A DNA stretch of 61,151 nucleotides, filler included, from Dugesia japonica (taxonomy: Eukaryota), in NCBI GenBank assembly GCA_001938525.1. It is 6 parts of 6 records of this genome, joined end to end, with 100 filler letters (N's around TTAATTAATTAA, not from the genome) between each part and the next. Parts side by side here need not be neighbours in the genome. Positions count along the whole stretch, not along the records: positions 49,008 to 61,151 come from MQRL01591919.1; 5 more parts are not named here. The stretch is one strand, 5' to 3'. Made by a program: the position numbers and the translations under genes. Positions 49,482 through 61,151 of the stretch are shown piece after piece (the stretch's first letter is position 1; every line of letters begins with the position of its first letter). The notes under the pieces are model-generated. The model was not told where the DNA came from, ran no database searches, and saw only the letters and a program-made list of their open reading frames with translations.

Positions 49482-50006
49482 GGTACTTGATTGTTATTTC
49501 ACCCCCAAACTTTTTTAATTAAAAGTTTTAAAATTTTAATATATTGAGTGTTAGTAATTGAAAAAAGTTAACAGGATAATAATTTAATTATTCTAATCCT
49601 ATCAATCTTCTACCACTTTCAGAAATAATTAATGACAAACAATTAAGTGTTGCATTAATGGGCTGCCTACAATAGAATAGCAGCAATGTGTTTCAATCAT
49701 CTAACCTAGAACCATTCTATTTCCTTTATTGATCCAATAACAGGCACACACACTCAAAATATTGAGAGAGTGTGGAAATTTGTGAAAGATCAGCAAAAAA
49801 CATAGAAAGATGATTGATTCTCATATGTGCGAATTTATGTGGTGAGATAAAGAATAAATGGAAGGAAAATATTTTATAGTATACTACGTGATGTATTATA
49901 CTGGCTTCCACAATGAAATAAATGAAAATAGCATTTAATTATTTTCTTTTAAAGATATTATTGTTTTATTACAAAAAATTTTGAGGTGAGATAACAAACA
50001 AGTACC
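49482..50006 (+). mobile_element. Merlin (IS1016/IS1595-related) DNA transposon deletion derivative
   Basis: TIRs GGTACTTGATTGTTATTTCACC / GGTGAGATAACAAACAAGTACC; degenerate 8-bp TSD GAAAAATG / GAAGATTG; remnant NHSISFIDPITGTHTQNIERVWKFVK. Confidence 0.8.
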
Positions 50007-50599
50007 GAAGATTGTTATAAAACTGATTTAAAACACAATTAACATTTTAAAATTTTTTTTGAAATATTAACGATATAATTATTGTTCAGTTTGGATTTGA
50101 ATAGAGTTTGATTATTGTTAATTAAATTATTCATGATGTCTGAGAAACTAATAAAAATATATCAATTTGTTTTTTCTTTTAATTGAATATTTTGTTACTG
50201 AGTATTTGTGATTGGATATGTACAACTTATAAATGGCTTTAAAATAATCTGCTTTTTCTATATAGCTGTGATGCAGTATTGCTCACTTAGTTTTATTCGA
50301 TAACTTTTCAATTGGTTAGTGATGAATAAAATTTGGTTCAAACTGAAATGGTAAAACTTTTTGAATAAAAATTTAATTAGAAATTCTAAAGAAATTGTGA
50401 AAAATAGCTTCTCCATCCCATAAATAAAGTGGATTTAATAAATTTCATTTTAATTTAAAATCCACTTTTTTTATGGGATGTAAGTATTTATAAATAAATT
50501 CACAGCTATCTTACTTATAATATTATGAAATAAAATGAGCAATATATAAAATTTAATTAATCTAACAAAAAACGTACATTAGACTTGGTAAAACTCAAA

Positions 50600-51130
50600 A
50601 TGTACAATGTAATTAGAGTTTCAGATGAACAGCTAGCTGCCATTTATTCGTATGAGACCTAAATTTTCTTAATCGACATCGCTATAATAAACATGTACGT
50701 TAACAAATTGTCTATTCCTTAAACTTGTCAACTCATCAATTGAAATTCTTATTTTTAAATCACACATTTGTCGGTTTTTAATGTTAAGAATTAATTTTGA
50801 TTTAACTTCATCATATGTCAAAATTAATTTCATAATATCTCTTGATTGTTTGGTTAGAGACTATCCCAATTGATTTAAGCTTTCACGGATAAATTGTCTT
50901 TTACAGATTTGTCGTATTATTACGCCATCTACAGTTGCTAACTTAGAAACAATTTCATTGAAATTAAGCTTATTAATTTTGAAATATTTGTCAATTCCAA
51001 CTGGCTTGTATAATTTTCTCAGTCGCTTAGTTGCAAGTCTGAATGTCTTTTCCAATTTTATTCATAGAGTGAACGTCTTCCAAAGACGATGTAGATCGAT
51101 TGTAAATGGCTCTATAATACCAATTTTGTT
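50600..51130 (-). pseudogene. hAT transposase remnant
   Basis: NEIVSKLATVDG..IRQICKRQFIRESL..ISIDELTSLRNRQFVNVHV, similar to the element at 7955-9401. Confidence 0.55.
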
Positions 51131-52725
51131 GATTATTTTTACTGCTTGATTAACAGAGCCTAAAATATTAATGCAAACCGATGTATATTATAACTATAGA
51201 TTTAAGCACAACATTGAAATTTTTCACGGCCGTAGGTTGCGCATGCTTGATATAACTGAAGAAATTCTAAATAAATTCGAAAATTTAAAATGTTCTTTTG
51301 TAATTAATCGATGGTTGAAAAAAAACAATAAATTTTAAATGTTTTTTATACATCGCAATTAAATAATTTCTTTTGTTATTTTAATCTCTTTTAAATAAAT
51401 TATTATTACTAATCAACTGAGAAATTTTGATATAGTTATTATATAATGCAAATTAACATTTGGTACTGACAGATATTGTATAATCTAATATAATAAAACA
51501 GAAAAATTATGNNNNNNNNNNNNNNNNNNNNNNNNNNNNNNNNNNNNNNNNNNNNNNNNNNNNNNNNNNNNNNNNNNNNNNNNNNNNNNNNNNNNNNNNN
51601 NNNNNNNNNNNNNNNNNNNNNNNNNNNNNNNNNNNNNNNNNNNNNNNNNNNNNNNNNNNNNNNNNNNNNNNNNNNNNNNNNGTAAGTCAATTAAAATTAA
51701 ATGAACTATCACACTATCAAATCTTTTTCTATTCAAGTTTAATTTATTCTAATTGACATATTTAATTGATTATTTAACCTTTTATCCTGGGAAATTTTAT
51801 TTCTTGCATAATTTGTAGAATAAAATCAATATTACAATTTAAATATCTAATTTAACTTAATTTCAAGTTTAACAAATTCTAATCTTTTATTTTACGGTTA
51901 TTAAAATAATTTTCACATATTAATTTATTGATTTTAAATTAAAATTCTATTTAAAATCTCGTTATTATTTGCTGTATGTAAAATTGATAACTAATTTAAN
52001 NNNNNNNNNNNNNNNNNNNNNNNNNNNNNNNNNNNNNNNNNNNNNNNNNNNNNNNNNNNNNNNNNNNNNNNNNNNNNNNNNNNNNNNNNNNNNNNNNNNN
52101 NNNNNNNNNNNNNNNNNNNNNNNNNNNNNNNNNNNNNNNNNNNNNNNNNNNNNNAATACTTTGGAAAATTTATTAATTATTTAATATTGGGATTTATGTT
52201 TGTTGAGTTGCCAAATATGCTATAAAATAATTTTGTATTGCATATAATAAATATTATTTATAAAACAAATTTGTTAAATAATAGTGAATTATCGGTTTAA
52301 TTATTATTTGTAGTAATAGAATTATAGAAAATAGTTTTTTGTTTTTATATAATATCAAAGATATGAAGAATTTAATTTTTCAGAAATAATATTTTTTCTN
52401 NNNNNNNNNNNNNNNNNNNNNNNNNNNNNNNNNNNNNNNNNNNNNNNNNNNNNNNNNNNNNNNNNNNNNNNNNNNNNNNNNNNNNNNTGATATTTGTTAT
52501 TTTATTATTGTAACAAATATCGAGTGACATAATGGATTAAATAAAAAATCTAAGAAATTTGAAAAGAATATATAATAATAAAGAATTTAAACAAAATATT
52601 GGGTTGATGAATAATTCGTCAGCGTTTTTTGACTTTAATAAATGTAAAAGATAGCATGTTTGATTTTTTTAAATTTCATAATTTTGGTTGAATTTCAGAT
52701 ACATAATATCGAATATCATGTAAAC

Positions 52726-52981
52726 TAGACTCGGTCAACCCAAATGATCTTTTGGGCCACTTTGAATTTGCATAATAATTCCGTGGCCTGCACGTATACA
52801 TAAAATTTGGGATGAACACAATAAATCATTATTATGTTTTATTATTCCAATATTCATTACAACACTGAAAATACAAACCATACGCAAATTGCACCAATAT
52901 ATTTTTTAAATCGTTTTGAATTTCGCGGGCCGTAACCTTATTCACGAGGGGCCTCATATGGCCCGCGGGTTGGTCACTCTG
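52726..52981. mobile_element. Charlie/MER-like hAT MITE
   Basis: GGTCAACCC / GGGTTGGTCACTCTG ends with CGCGGGCC and GGCCCGCGG subterminal motifs. Confidence 0.55.
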
Positions 52982-53556
52982 AAGCAAAAGAAACTTAACA
53001 TTTTCAATACCTTTTGCTTTTTTTTCATATCGAGGTGGTAATTCCGCCGAAATTATTGAAGCAAATGCCTCAAAGTGCCGCCCGCTGATGATTTGGACGT
53101 TTCTTTTTAAATCGCTACCATTAGATTTTCATCTTTTTCTATAATGACGATTTTTCGATAAAAAGATCGAAATATTTTTTATCGCCAAGGTATCGAAAAA
53201 CTTATTGAACGATGAAAGATTGTCAATAACAATGGAGATCATATCTTTGATTGATTTTTGTGCAATATTAGATTGTATAATTATGAAATAAATTATTTTT
53301 ATAGCGCTTACGATTTATTCCTTAACTTTTTCCTTAACATTTATTAATATAATAAATTTATTAATAAAAAATATACTAATAATTTTCTGGGGGTAAAACT
53401 ACAATTATGAACAACAGTAACTATTTTTTCTTGTTTTTTTAAAATTCATTTACATTTTTGATTATTTTTTATTTCCTAATTTGATAATATCTACGCTTTT
53501 CTATTATTTCCATTATATTATTTTTCTAATATTATTTTATATTTTTATCATTATAG

Positions 53557-53793
53557 ACATTTATTATGATGTTCCCAAAGCAGTGCCATCGGCACACTTG
53601 AGATCAGGAATAACTTCATTCTCAAACATATCAAATGCGTCTTCAATTGCAGAACAAGCCAAACTTGTCTCACTTGCTAGAACAGCTAGATTAAATTGTC
53701 AGGAAACTGAAAATCAAGAATCAACAAATTCTGAATCATTAGGACAAATATTAAAAAAGAAAGATTTAACTTCAGATAATGCCGATAAAGTTG
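53557..53793 (+). CDS. Internal exon of an unidentified host gene
   Basis: TTATAG acceptor, open frame DIYYDVPKAVPSAHLRSG..DNADKV, G|GTATGT donor (phase 1). Confidence 0.55.
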
Positions 53794-54295
53794 GTATGTC
53801 TATGGTTATATTCATGGGATAATTTTTTAATTTTCAATTAATTATTTACTTAATATTTGGGAATTAATAACGGTTTCTTTAATAAATTATCTACGGTAAA
53901 ATCTTCTTTGTATAATCTACCAAATTATATGAATATTTATAATTTAAATGTAATAAAGAAATTTTCTCTAAAAGAAAATCAAAACCAATAATCAATAAGT
54001 TAAACAAAACTGTCTATTGATTGGAGTTTTCAATTTTTCTTAAAAATCAAAAATATAAATATAGTAATAAATATAATAAATGCAAACATTGCTAATCATA
54101 CAAGGTTTTCAGTTCAATTTGATAATTTTTCTGTTTGATTTCAAAGATTTAAAAATCAATTTAATAAGTTCAAATTCATGATTTTTAAATTCAACTTAGT
54201 AATTCTAAGCATGGCAAATACTTATAACAAAATAAGTGATGNNNNNNNNNNNNNNNNNNNNNNNNNNNNNNNNNNNNNNNNNNNNNNNNNNNNNN

Positions 54296-54555
54296 ATTTT
54301 AAAGTTATATCAGGATTCTCGCCAACTTTATTTCAGATTTTATCTTCGTGGCTTGAGAACCTCCTCGTTTCAATTGTCATTGAAAATTATATTGGTGGAA
54401 AAACCTCAGTTGAAATTTCACGAATCTTCAGTTTACAGTATTTTAGTCATCTATAAAAGAGAGAATCGTCTAGAGATAATTGAAACGAGGGGGTTCTGAA
54501 GCCACAAATATAAAATCTGAAATAAAGTTGGCGAGAATGCTGATTTAATTTTAAA
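54296..54555. mobile_element. MITE with ~80-bp TIRs
   Basis: ATCAGGATTCTCGCCAACTTTATTTCAGATTTTAT..CCTCGTTTCAATT mirrored at 54475-54545. Confidence 0.75.
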
Positions 54556-55619
54556 AGACTTACGTACTCTTATTTCCGAAAAATCTTTAAATTAATATTT
54601 CCATTGACTATAGTTCATGCAGCTCTCAAGAATCATCATTATAAGTTCAAAAGATTAAATATTATTACGGAAAGAAGTCAACATATGAGATTTTCCAAGA
54701 AAGACGAGTTTATTCCTAATTTTATCAAATTATATTTACCGAAAAAGACGAGTGAAACATTTTCTTTCTCGATGTAGTAGGTTTCAACATCTGTATGCGC
54801 TCCAAGTATGGACGTACACCAGTAGGATCATCCCTATCAGTTTCTGCTCTCCGAATAAGATCACACAACATAAGAGTTTGCTGTTTTATCAATAAAATTT
54901 TATGAATTTAAATTTTTAATTTATTAAATTGCTTTTTTAAATTTGAAATTAAATGGGAAAATTATCAAATTGAANNNNNNNNNNTTTATTATATTTTAAT
55001 ATTTAAATAAAGATGTGAAATGGATGATTAATTTGAAAATACATTGAAGATATTACAATTTCTATATGTTCAATTTTTGCATTTTTAATTTATTTATATA
55101 TTTNNNNNNNNNNNNNNNNNNNNNNNNNNNNNNNNNNNNNNNNNNNNNNNNNNACTTAACGTAATATATTATCGTTACAGGTAAGATTCTTATATTTTAA
55201 TTTACTTATTGATTTTTATGTTAAATTAAATTTATATTATTTCCTATAAATTAAATCAGGTTTAAAAAATATGGATTGAAATTTATTTTCCGAAATTAGT
55301 ATGTTAAGTCCGTTGTTTTTATTAGATAATATAAGTTCCATATAAAAATTAAGAGAACTATAACATAATTATATATTTCCATATCAATAAATCAAATAAA
55401 TTATTTTTACATTACATACTGATAAATTTATTTGAAAGTTATTTTTTAAAGTAAATTTGATTATATTACATTTGATTTTCATCACAATTACCACACATTA
55501 ATATNNNNNNNNNNNNNNNNNNNNNNNNNNNNNNNNNNNNNNNNNNNNNNNNNNTGTTAAGTCCGTTGTTTTTATTAGATAATATAAGTTCCATATAAAA
55601 ATTAAGAGAACTATAACAT

Positions 55620-55755
55620 AATTATATAATTATATTATAATTAATATAATTAATAATTATATTATAATTAATATAATTAATAATTATATTATAATTAATA
55701 TAATTAATAACTATATTATAATTAATATAATTAATTATAATTAATATTATAATTA
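55620..55755. repeat. AT-only 27-bp minisatellite
   Basis: TATATTATAATTAATATAATTAATAAT repeated about 4 times. Confidence 0.8.
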
Positions 55756-57377
55756 TTTTTACATTACATACTGATAAATTTCTTTGAAAGTTATTTTTTA
55801 AAGTAAATTTGATTATATTACATTTGATTTTCATCACAATTACCACACATTAATATAAACAGCCTGACCCTTCAAATATGAAGAAAAATAATTGGCATTA
55901 TTATATGTGTGTGTTTTGACCAAATTTAAATTTCTTCACTTTTCGGCGGTTGCCAAATTTGATTTGTTTAAATATTTTATTCTGCTGGTGATTATCAAGA
56001 ATTGTATTGTCAAGTTGAATTTTTCGTCAATAATCTTTGTCCAGTTCTGGCTTCTTTTTTTGTTTTCGGCTGTTGCCAAGTTTATATTTCAAATTACATT
56101 CTGCTTGTCGATAATTTTCTTGACATTTTATTTTTCTAATAATTCATTTACTATATTATATATACATACATACACTCATGCATGTATGTATGAATGTACA
56201 TGTATTTTTATATGAAAGATTTTATATTTTTATAATGAAAATAACATTACGTCTATAATTTCATATAGCATAGATATGATCATTATCTTTTCATTAAAAT
56301 AAAGAAAATTCATATGATCATTATCTATTCTGATTAATACATAAGATTGAACAGTGATTATTGAAGAGCATAAGTCTAAGAATTATACAACACGAATATA
56401 AATATAAATTCATGTATATCTTTATGAAACCATCTTTTCATTCGTTCAGTTATTACTATTTTTATGTTTTTGACAAGCTTTGCATACATTGATAATCTCT
56501 TTCACGAAGTTTCTCAAAGTTTACACATCAAAACTATTATTTAATTAAGATTTTTCCTTTTCACTTTCAGTATGACAAAACATAAGATGTGATTGTTCTA
56601 AATTCAAATACTTTCAAGGTTTCAGTACCCATTATTCTAGTGAGATNTCACTGTAAATTATGTAATATTTTTATATTGACATTTATATATTTGATTACGA
56701 AAATGTGCCTGTATATTTTTTAGTTTTCGAATTTTATTGTATAATAGGTTCCCAAAAGCTATATATGTGTGTGTGTGCTACAGTGTCATGGTGTGTTATA
56801 ATAACTATTTTATGATCAATTCAGTTGTTATCTTACAATTCTGATTAAATATCTCATTCATGAGCCCCAGTAAATATTCTGGTGCAACGGCGATTACAAA
56901 TGGCATTCTTGTAAAACAATTATACTAAATTTTTGCGTGTGATTCTTCACTCAACTCTATCTGATAATAATAATTTCAAGATCAATTTAGCTAAAATATT
57001 GAGTACCGTGTAAAGTATTTAATAATTCTCTATATTTGTCATTAGAAAAACTTGTCTAATAATTATTTAATTAACTAGTCTAAANNNNNNNNNNNNNNNN
57101 NNNNNNNNNNNNNNNNNNNNNNNNNNNNNNNNNNNNNNNNNNNNNNNNNNNNNNNNNNNNNNNNNNNNNNNNNNNNNNNATCGATTTTCACAGTCTCTAA
57201 ACGTTTAGTCATTATTTAAATCATTACTTTTAATCAAAAACGTCTTCATTATTTAAATAATTATTTTTGTATTATTAAAATTTTCATTTTTGAATATTTT
57301 ATCCAAATTATTATTTTCCATCAAAAAAATTAATTATTTTTTACTTTTTATTGTTAAAATTATTATAGTCAATGTTA

Positions 57378-58258
57378 CAGGGTTTTCAACTTAATTTAAT
57401 TCTTTTGTAATTTAATTTAATCCTTTGGAAATATATAATTTACTCTATGGTTAAAAATAATAAAAAAAGATATTCTGAGACAAGAAAATTATTTAATTAT
57501 TCATTATTAATTTTCCAATATTGTATTAAAAATCTTCCTTTCTAACATTTTCTACCGCAAACTCTAACATTACTAAAATAATTTGTACAATCCATTTCAG
57601 TAATATTCAGTGATATTGTTGAGTTAATTTAAGATTTATCAGTCTTCTCTTACACACAGAACAGAAATATTTTTACTTCTTATTGTTCTAATAATTTTCC
57701 TTGGTGTTAGGTTAATTAAACTTCTTCCATATTTTTGTTTAAAGAAATATCACCTTATCTTCATCATAACTTAAATAATTTACTCAATAATCATACCTTT
57801 TATAAATATTACTTTCTGAATTTCTTTGTNNNNNNNNNNNNNNNNNNNNNNNNNNNNNNNNNNNNNNNNNNNNNNNNNNNNNNNNNNNNNNNNNNNNNNN
57901 NNNNNNNNNNNNNNNNNNNNNNNNNNNNNNNNNNNNNNNNNNNNNNNNNNNNTAATTGAAGCATCTTCTTCTATTGCTGATCGAATAAAATTTTTACCTT
58001 TTTCAGTTATAATTTTAGTTCTATCTTGTCGATTACACTGAAATTCTGCAAATAGTTTTATAAAGTCTTATAACCGAAGATACAGTTTTATAATTCATCA
58101 TCATATTTTTTGCAAATACGTGACCTGATTTCCTTTGTGAGCTGCTTTTTTCTCGAATTAATGTTTTCCATTTTAAGTTATTTAAATATTTATTAAATTT
58201 TGAAAGCATTGAACATTAAATTAAATTGCAGAAAGATTAAATTAAGTTGAAAACCCTG
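57378..58258. mobile_element. Tc1/mariner-like element, decayed
   Basis: TA|CAGGGTTTTCAACTTAATTTAAT and inverted ATTAAATTAAGTTGAAAACCCTG. Confidence 0.7.
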
Positions 58259-59082
58259 TTTATACATCATGCCTATTATTAATGTATCTATACGTATTCC
58301 TACTTTTTATTATATGACTGCAATATTTTTGCCATATGTGGATCCTCTGCCATACGATTGAAATTTTGAAAAACAAAATAAATTCCCTCGATACCCAATC
58401 CTGTTCGAAATTCTCTGATTTCCTTGAAGTNAAAATTACCTAAAAGTTAACAGAATTTTGAAAAGTCCTTGTTAATCTTTCTTCAAATTTAGTGAACAAA
58501 TATTATTGAACAAATTCAGTAAATTAGAATTATTCCTCTATTGAGCATTGTTTGAATCTCTTATTCATTCTTACTTATTACGTTTGCCATATCAAAAAAT
58601 CTTTGTCAATTCAAACTGTCCATTTTAAAATCTTATAAATTCGTAACTAACCTATTCATTAAAACATTGTGGTATCCATGTTAGGTTGAAAATTAAAATT
58701 ATTTTGATTTTCAAAAAAATTCCATTTTGCATTCAATATTAATTAATTCGAATTTTCAATAAGCAAAATAAATTTTTAAGGAAAATAATATATATGATTT
58801 TCTAATTGACAATATGTAAACATATGAATCTTCAGTTGCTCTCTGTTTTATTTATCTAATATTATTGATAAATAATTTATGCAATTAGTAAATATTCGAA
58901 CTTTTACTAGTTCGATTTAGTAAAACAAGCGATTTGAAAAAGTTATGTATAATGTACTTTTAGTGTAATAAATTGACGATAAATATATAAATAATGACTT
59001 TTTACTAGTGATTTTTTAAAAAAATACTTTTTCTTTTACTGTTTAGGTGTATTTTAATATTCATTTGTTATTACTTGAATAG

Positions 59083-59232
59083 TTTCCGAATTGTCTGAAA
59101 TCAAAACTGACGGTATAAATGAATTAACGAATATTAACGGTGACCAATCCACGGTTTCAGAAGAAAAGCCTTTAATTGAAAGTGCTGAAAATTCAAATAC
59201 TATGCAAATAGTTATTTTAGAAGTTTCTACTG
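59083..59232 (+). CDS. Internal exon of an unidentified host gene, phase-compatible with 53557-53793
   Basis: AATAG acceptor, open frame SELSEIKTDGINELTN..ILEVST, G|GTAAG donor (phase 1). Confidence 0.5.
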
Positions 59233-59764
59233 GTAAGAATTTTGATAATTAGTTTTATAATATTAGTAAACTTTATCTGTAAGTTTTTTAAGCCTTTTCA
59301 ATTTTTTAAGGTTTTAATTTTATTAGGTATTAAAATTTCGTAAATTTTCGAATTAATGAATGATTAAATTAATAGAAAATTGTTTTTATTGACTTTTATA
59401 TGTATATTTTTTTAAAGTTTTGTTAAATATAAAAGAATTTTTTATTAAAATTACAAATTGGTTAGAAATTATTTATANATTTTATGATTGTATTTATTTA
59501 AATTAATTCTATAAAATAATTTATTTTAGGGAAATTTATTTTCAATTTTAATTAACACTATTTACCCTTTTAATTTTGACGAAATTTTTTATTATTTTTA
59601 ATTTTTAAAAGTAATTTTATGCTTATTATATAAATTTTTTACCATTAACTATTGCGAAAAAAGTTAACTATTAATTAAAATTTACTTTAAAAATTCAACT
59701 TAAATAATTGTGTAGCGTGCCACTTGTGATTAGATGGAATGGGATATTAAAATATAAAACAATA

Positions 59765-60112
59765 TATAGGGTGCGCGAGTAGAATTGGCGCGTAAATGTA
59801 GTAAAGAAAATATCTCTAAAAACTACAAATTTAAACATNNNTTTGACATTTTACAAATTTCAGTAATATTAAACATCAGATGTTGTAATTACTCAATAAA
59901 ATCACCATCAGCATCAATTACAGCCTTTACACGACCCCTGAAACGAGTACAGTCCATTTTATCAACACTAGGAGACAAATTTTGAAATGCTTGGCATATT
60001 CGATTTCGCAGTTCGTTTTTGTTATCGCTTCAGCCCCGCTTTATACGTATTAGTCAAGCGGATTACAATAAGGAGAGTTTGAAGGCTACAATTCAGGAGT
60101 AACATGGTCATA
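59765..60112 (-). mobile_element. 3' end of a Tc1/mariner-family element
   Basis: TIR-like TATAGGGTGCGCG; remnant TPEL*PSNSPYCNPLD*YV and CTRFRGRVKAVIDADGDFIE*. Confidence 0.7.
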
Positions 60113-61100
60113 CAAGTTTTCTGACGTCTACTTTTGAGTTTTCATTCGAGGGTGGCTTTACTTTTCCTCTAGTGTTTTTATGTACATTCGATGATTTGAG
60201 CCAATCTTCAACAACCCCACTAAAATGCTGCTTGAAAAACTTAAACAGACACGTATCTGTATCTTGCAGCATTGAAGTCAATCCACCTGGAATAACACAA
60301 AACAGAAATTTTCTTCTTTGAAGATGAGCAATCTTATCTTTTGAAATATGAAGTCTCGCACTATTGAATATAAGCAATGTGTAATTAGGTGCCATTGTAA
60401 GAGGCAGAAATACAAAATCAATCCATTTTTTGAAAATATTAGAATTAATCCAAGACTTTTGTGCTATTAATTCTTCAGTTTTCCCCTTCAAAATAATTGT
60501 TGCTCTCAATTTTTGTCCCGTAGCAGAAGCACAGCAAATGCCAGGTATTCTAAATTTCCAATTTTTTCAAGTGTTTTTATTAGAATCTTCGATAAAGATA
60601 AGTTTCATCTAAGTTATAGATATTTTCAATCTTATTAAAATCAGAAATTAGTTTTTAATGAGAAATAAAACCATAAGCAACTATTTCTTCATCACTCAAT
60701 ACTGAACTTCTGTTTGCTGTTCTAAGAGTATATTCGTAACGATCTATAAATTTTGAAGCCAACCAGCGGACGCATTGAAACCATTCAAATCCACTTTTGC
60801 AATTTCTAGAGTCTAATTGACAATTTCACTTCAAGTAACCTTGTTCTTTTACAATATTATCTAAGATTCCCTCAAAACGTTCATATGTAGCTTTTCTACA
60901 ACCAACAAAACAACGAAATGCATCTTCTATCATTTTTAGAATGGTGTCCTCGTTTTTAACTCAATCTCTTAAACATTTCTTATCGATTTTGAATTCTTTG
61001 GCAGTTTTTTGCTAGTCCTTTGAAGTTATAAACTTGTCAATAGCATCTAGTTTAAATTTTTTTAAAATTTCAAATGCTTCATTTTTTGGAAAAATTGAAT
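60113..61100 (-). pseudogene. pogo/Tigger (CENP-B-like) transposase remnant
   Basis: FNASAGWL (CENP-B HTH), SWINSNIFKKW, LLIFNSARLH, VIPGGLTSMLQDTD..FK. Confidence 0.75.
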
Positions 61101-61151
61101 CAATATTCGGATCCATAATTTTTAAATTTATGAACGAAAATGATAAAAGTT

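Noticed and set aside
51439-52184. ORFs made mostly of X, and short antisense ORFs over TE or viral genes (e.g. 30351-30656, 40495-40836, 43991-44311)
   Set aside because: Artefacts of N runs, or shadows of coding sequence on the opposite strand.
55622-55846. 74-aa ORF with INYINYNII repeats
   Set aside because: Translation of an AT-only minisatellite.
16907-59232. Single host gene spanning 16907-59232 with the virus in its intron
   Set aside because: The exons lie on different linker-separated contigs; nothing in the sequence links them.

Overview
AT-rich eukaryotic (animal-like) genomic DNA with tiny 40-45 bp GT-AG introns. It is split into six segments by five identical artificial 100-bp linkers (44 N + TTAATTAATTAA + 44 N), so adjacency across a linker is not evidence of physical linkage. 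Host content: one complete 4-exon METTL18-like histidine methyltransferase gene and a few orphan exons. Most of the rest is decayed transposons (Ty3/Gypsy, hAT, Merlin, Tc1/mariner, pogo, an RLE-type non-LTR element, MITEs). The standout is three divergent copies, on three different segments, of an endogenous Polinton/Maverick/adintovirus-like virus. Copy A has the single-strand gene order: major capsid > Zn-finger/parvovirus-type PLA2 apparently fused to a retroviral-type integrase > small ORF > A32/FtsK packaging ATPase > core-like protein > conserved ORF > minor capsid. Upstream of it are an inverted repeat, an iteron-like repeat array and tandem E2F/CDE-CHR cell-cycle motifs. No polB or protease is visible, but every copy is truncated. 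A second candidate novelty is a twice-repeated, covarying pseudoknot-like RNA element, each copy ending at an ATG, inside a probable large LTR element (45086-45950). All family assignments come from motif recognition by eye; no searches were run.
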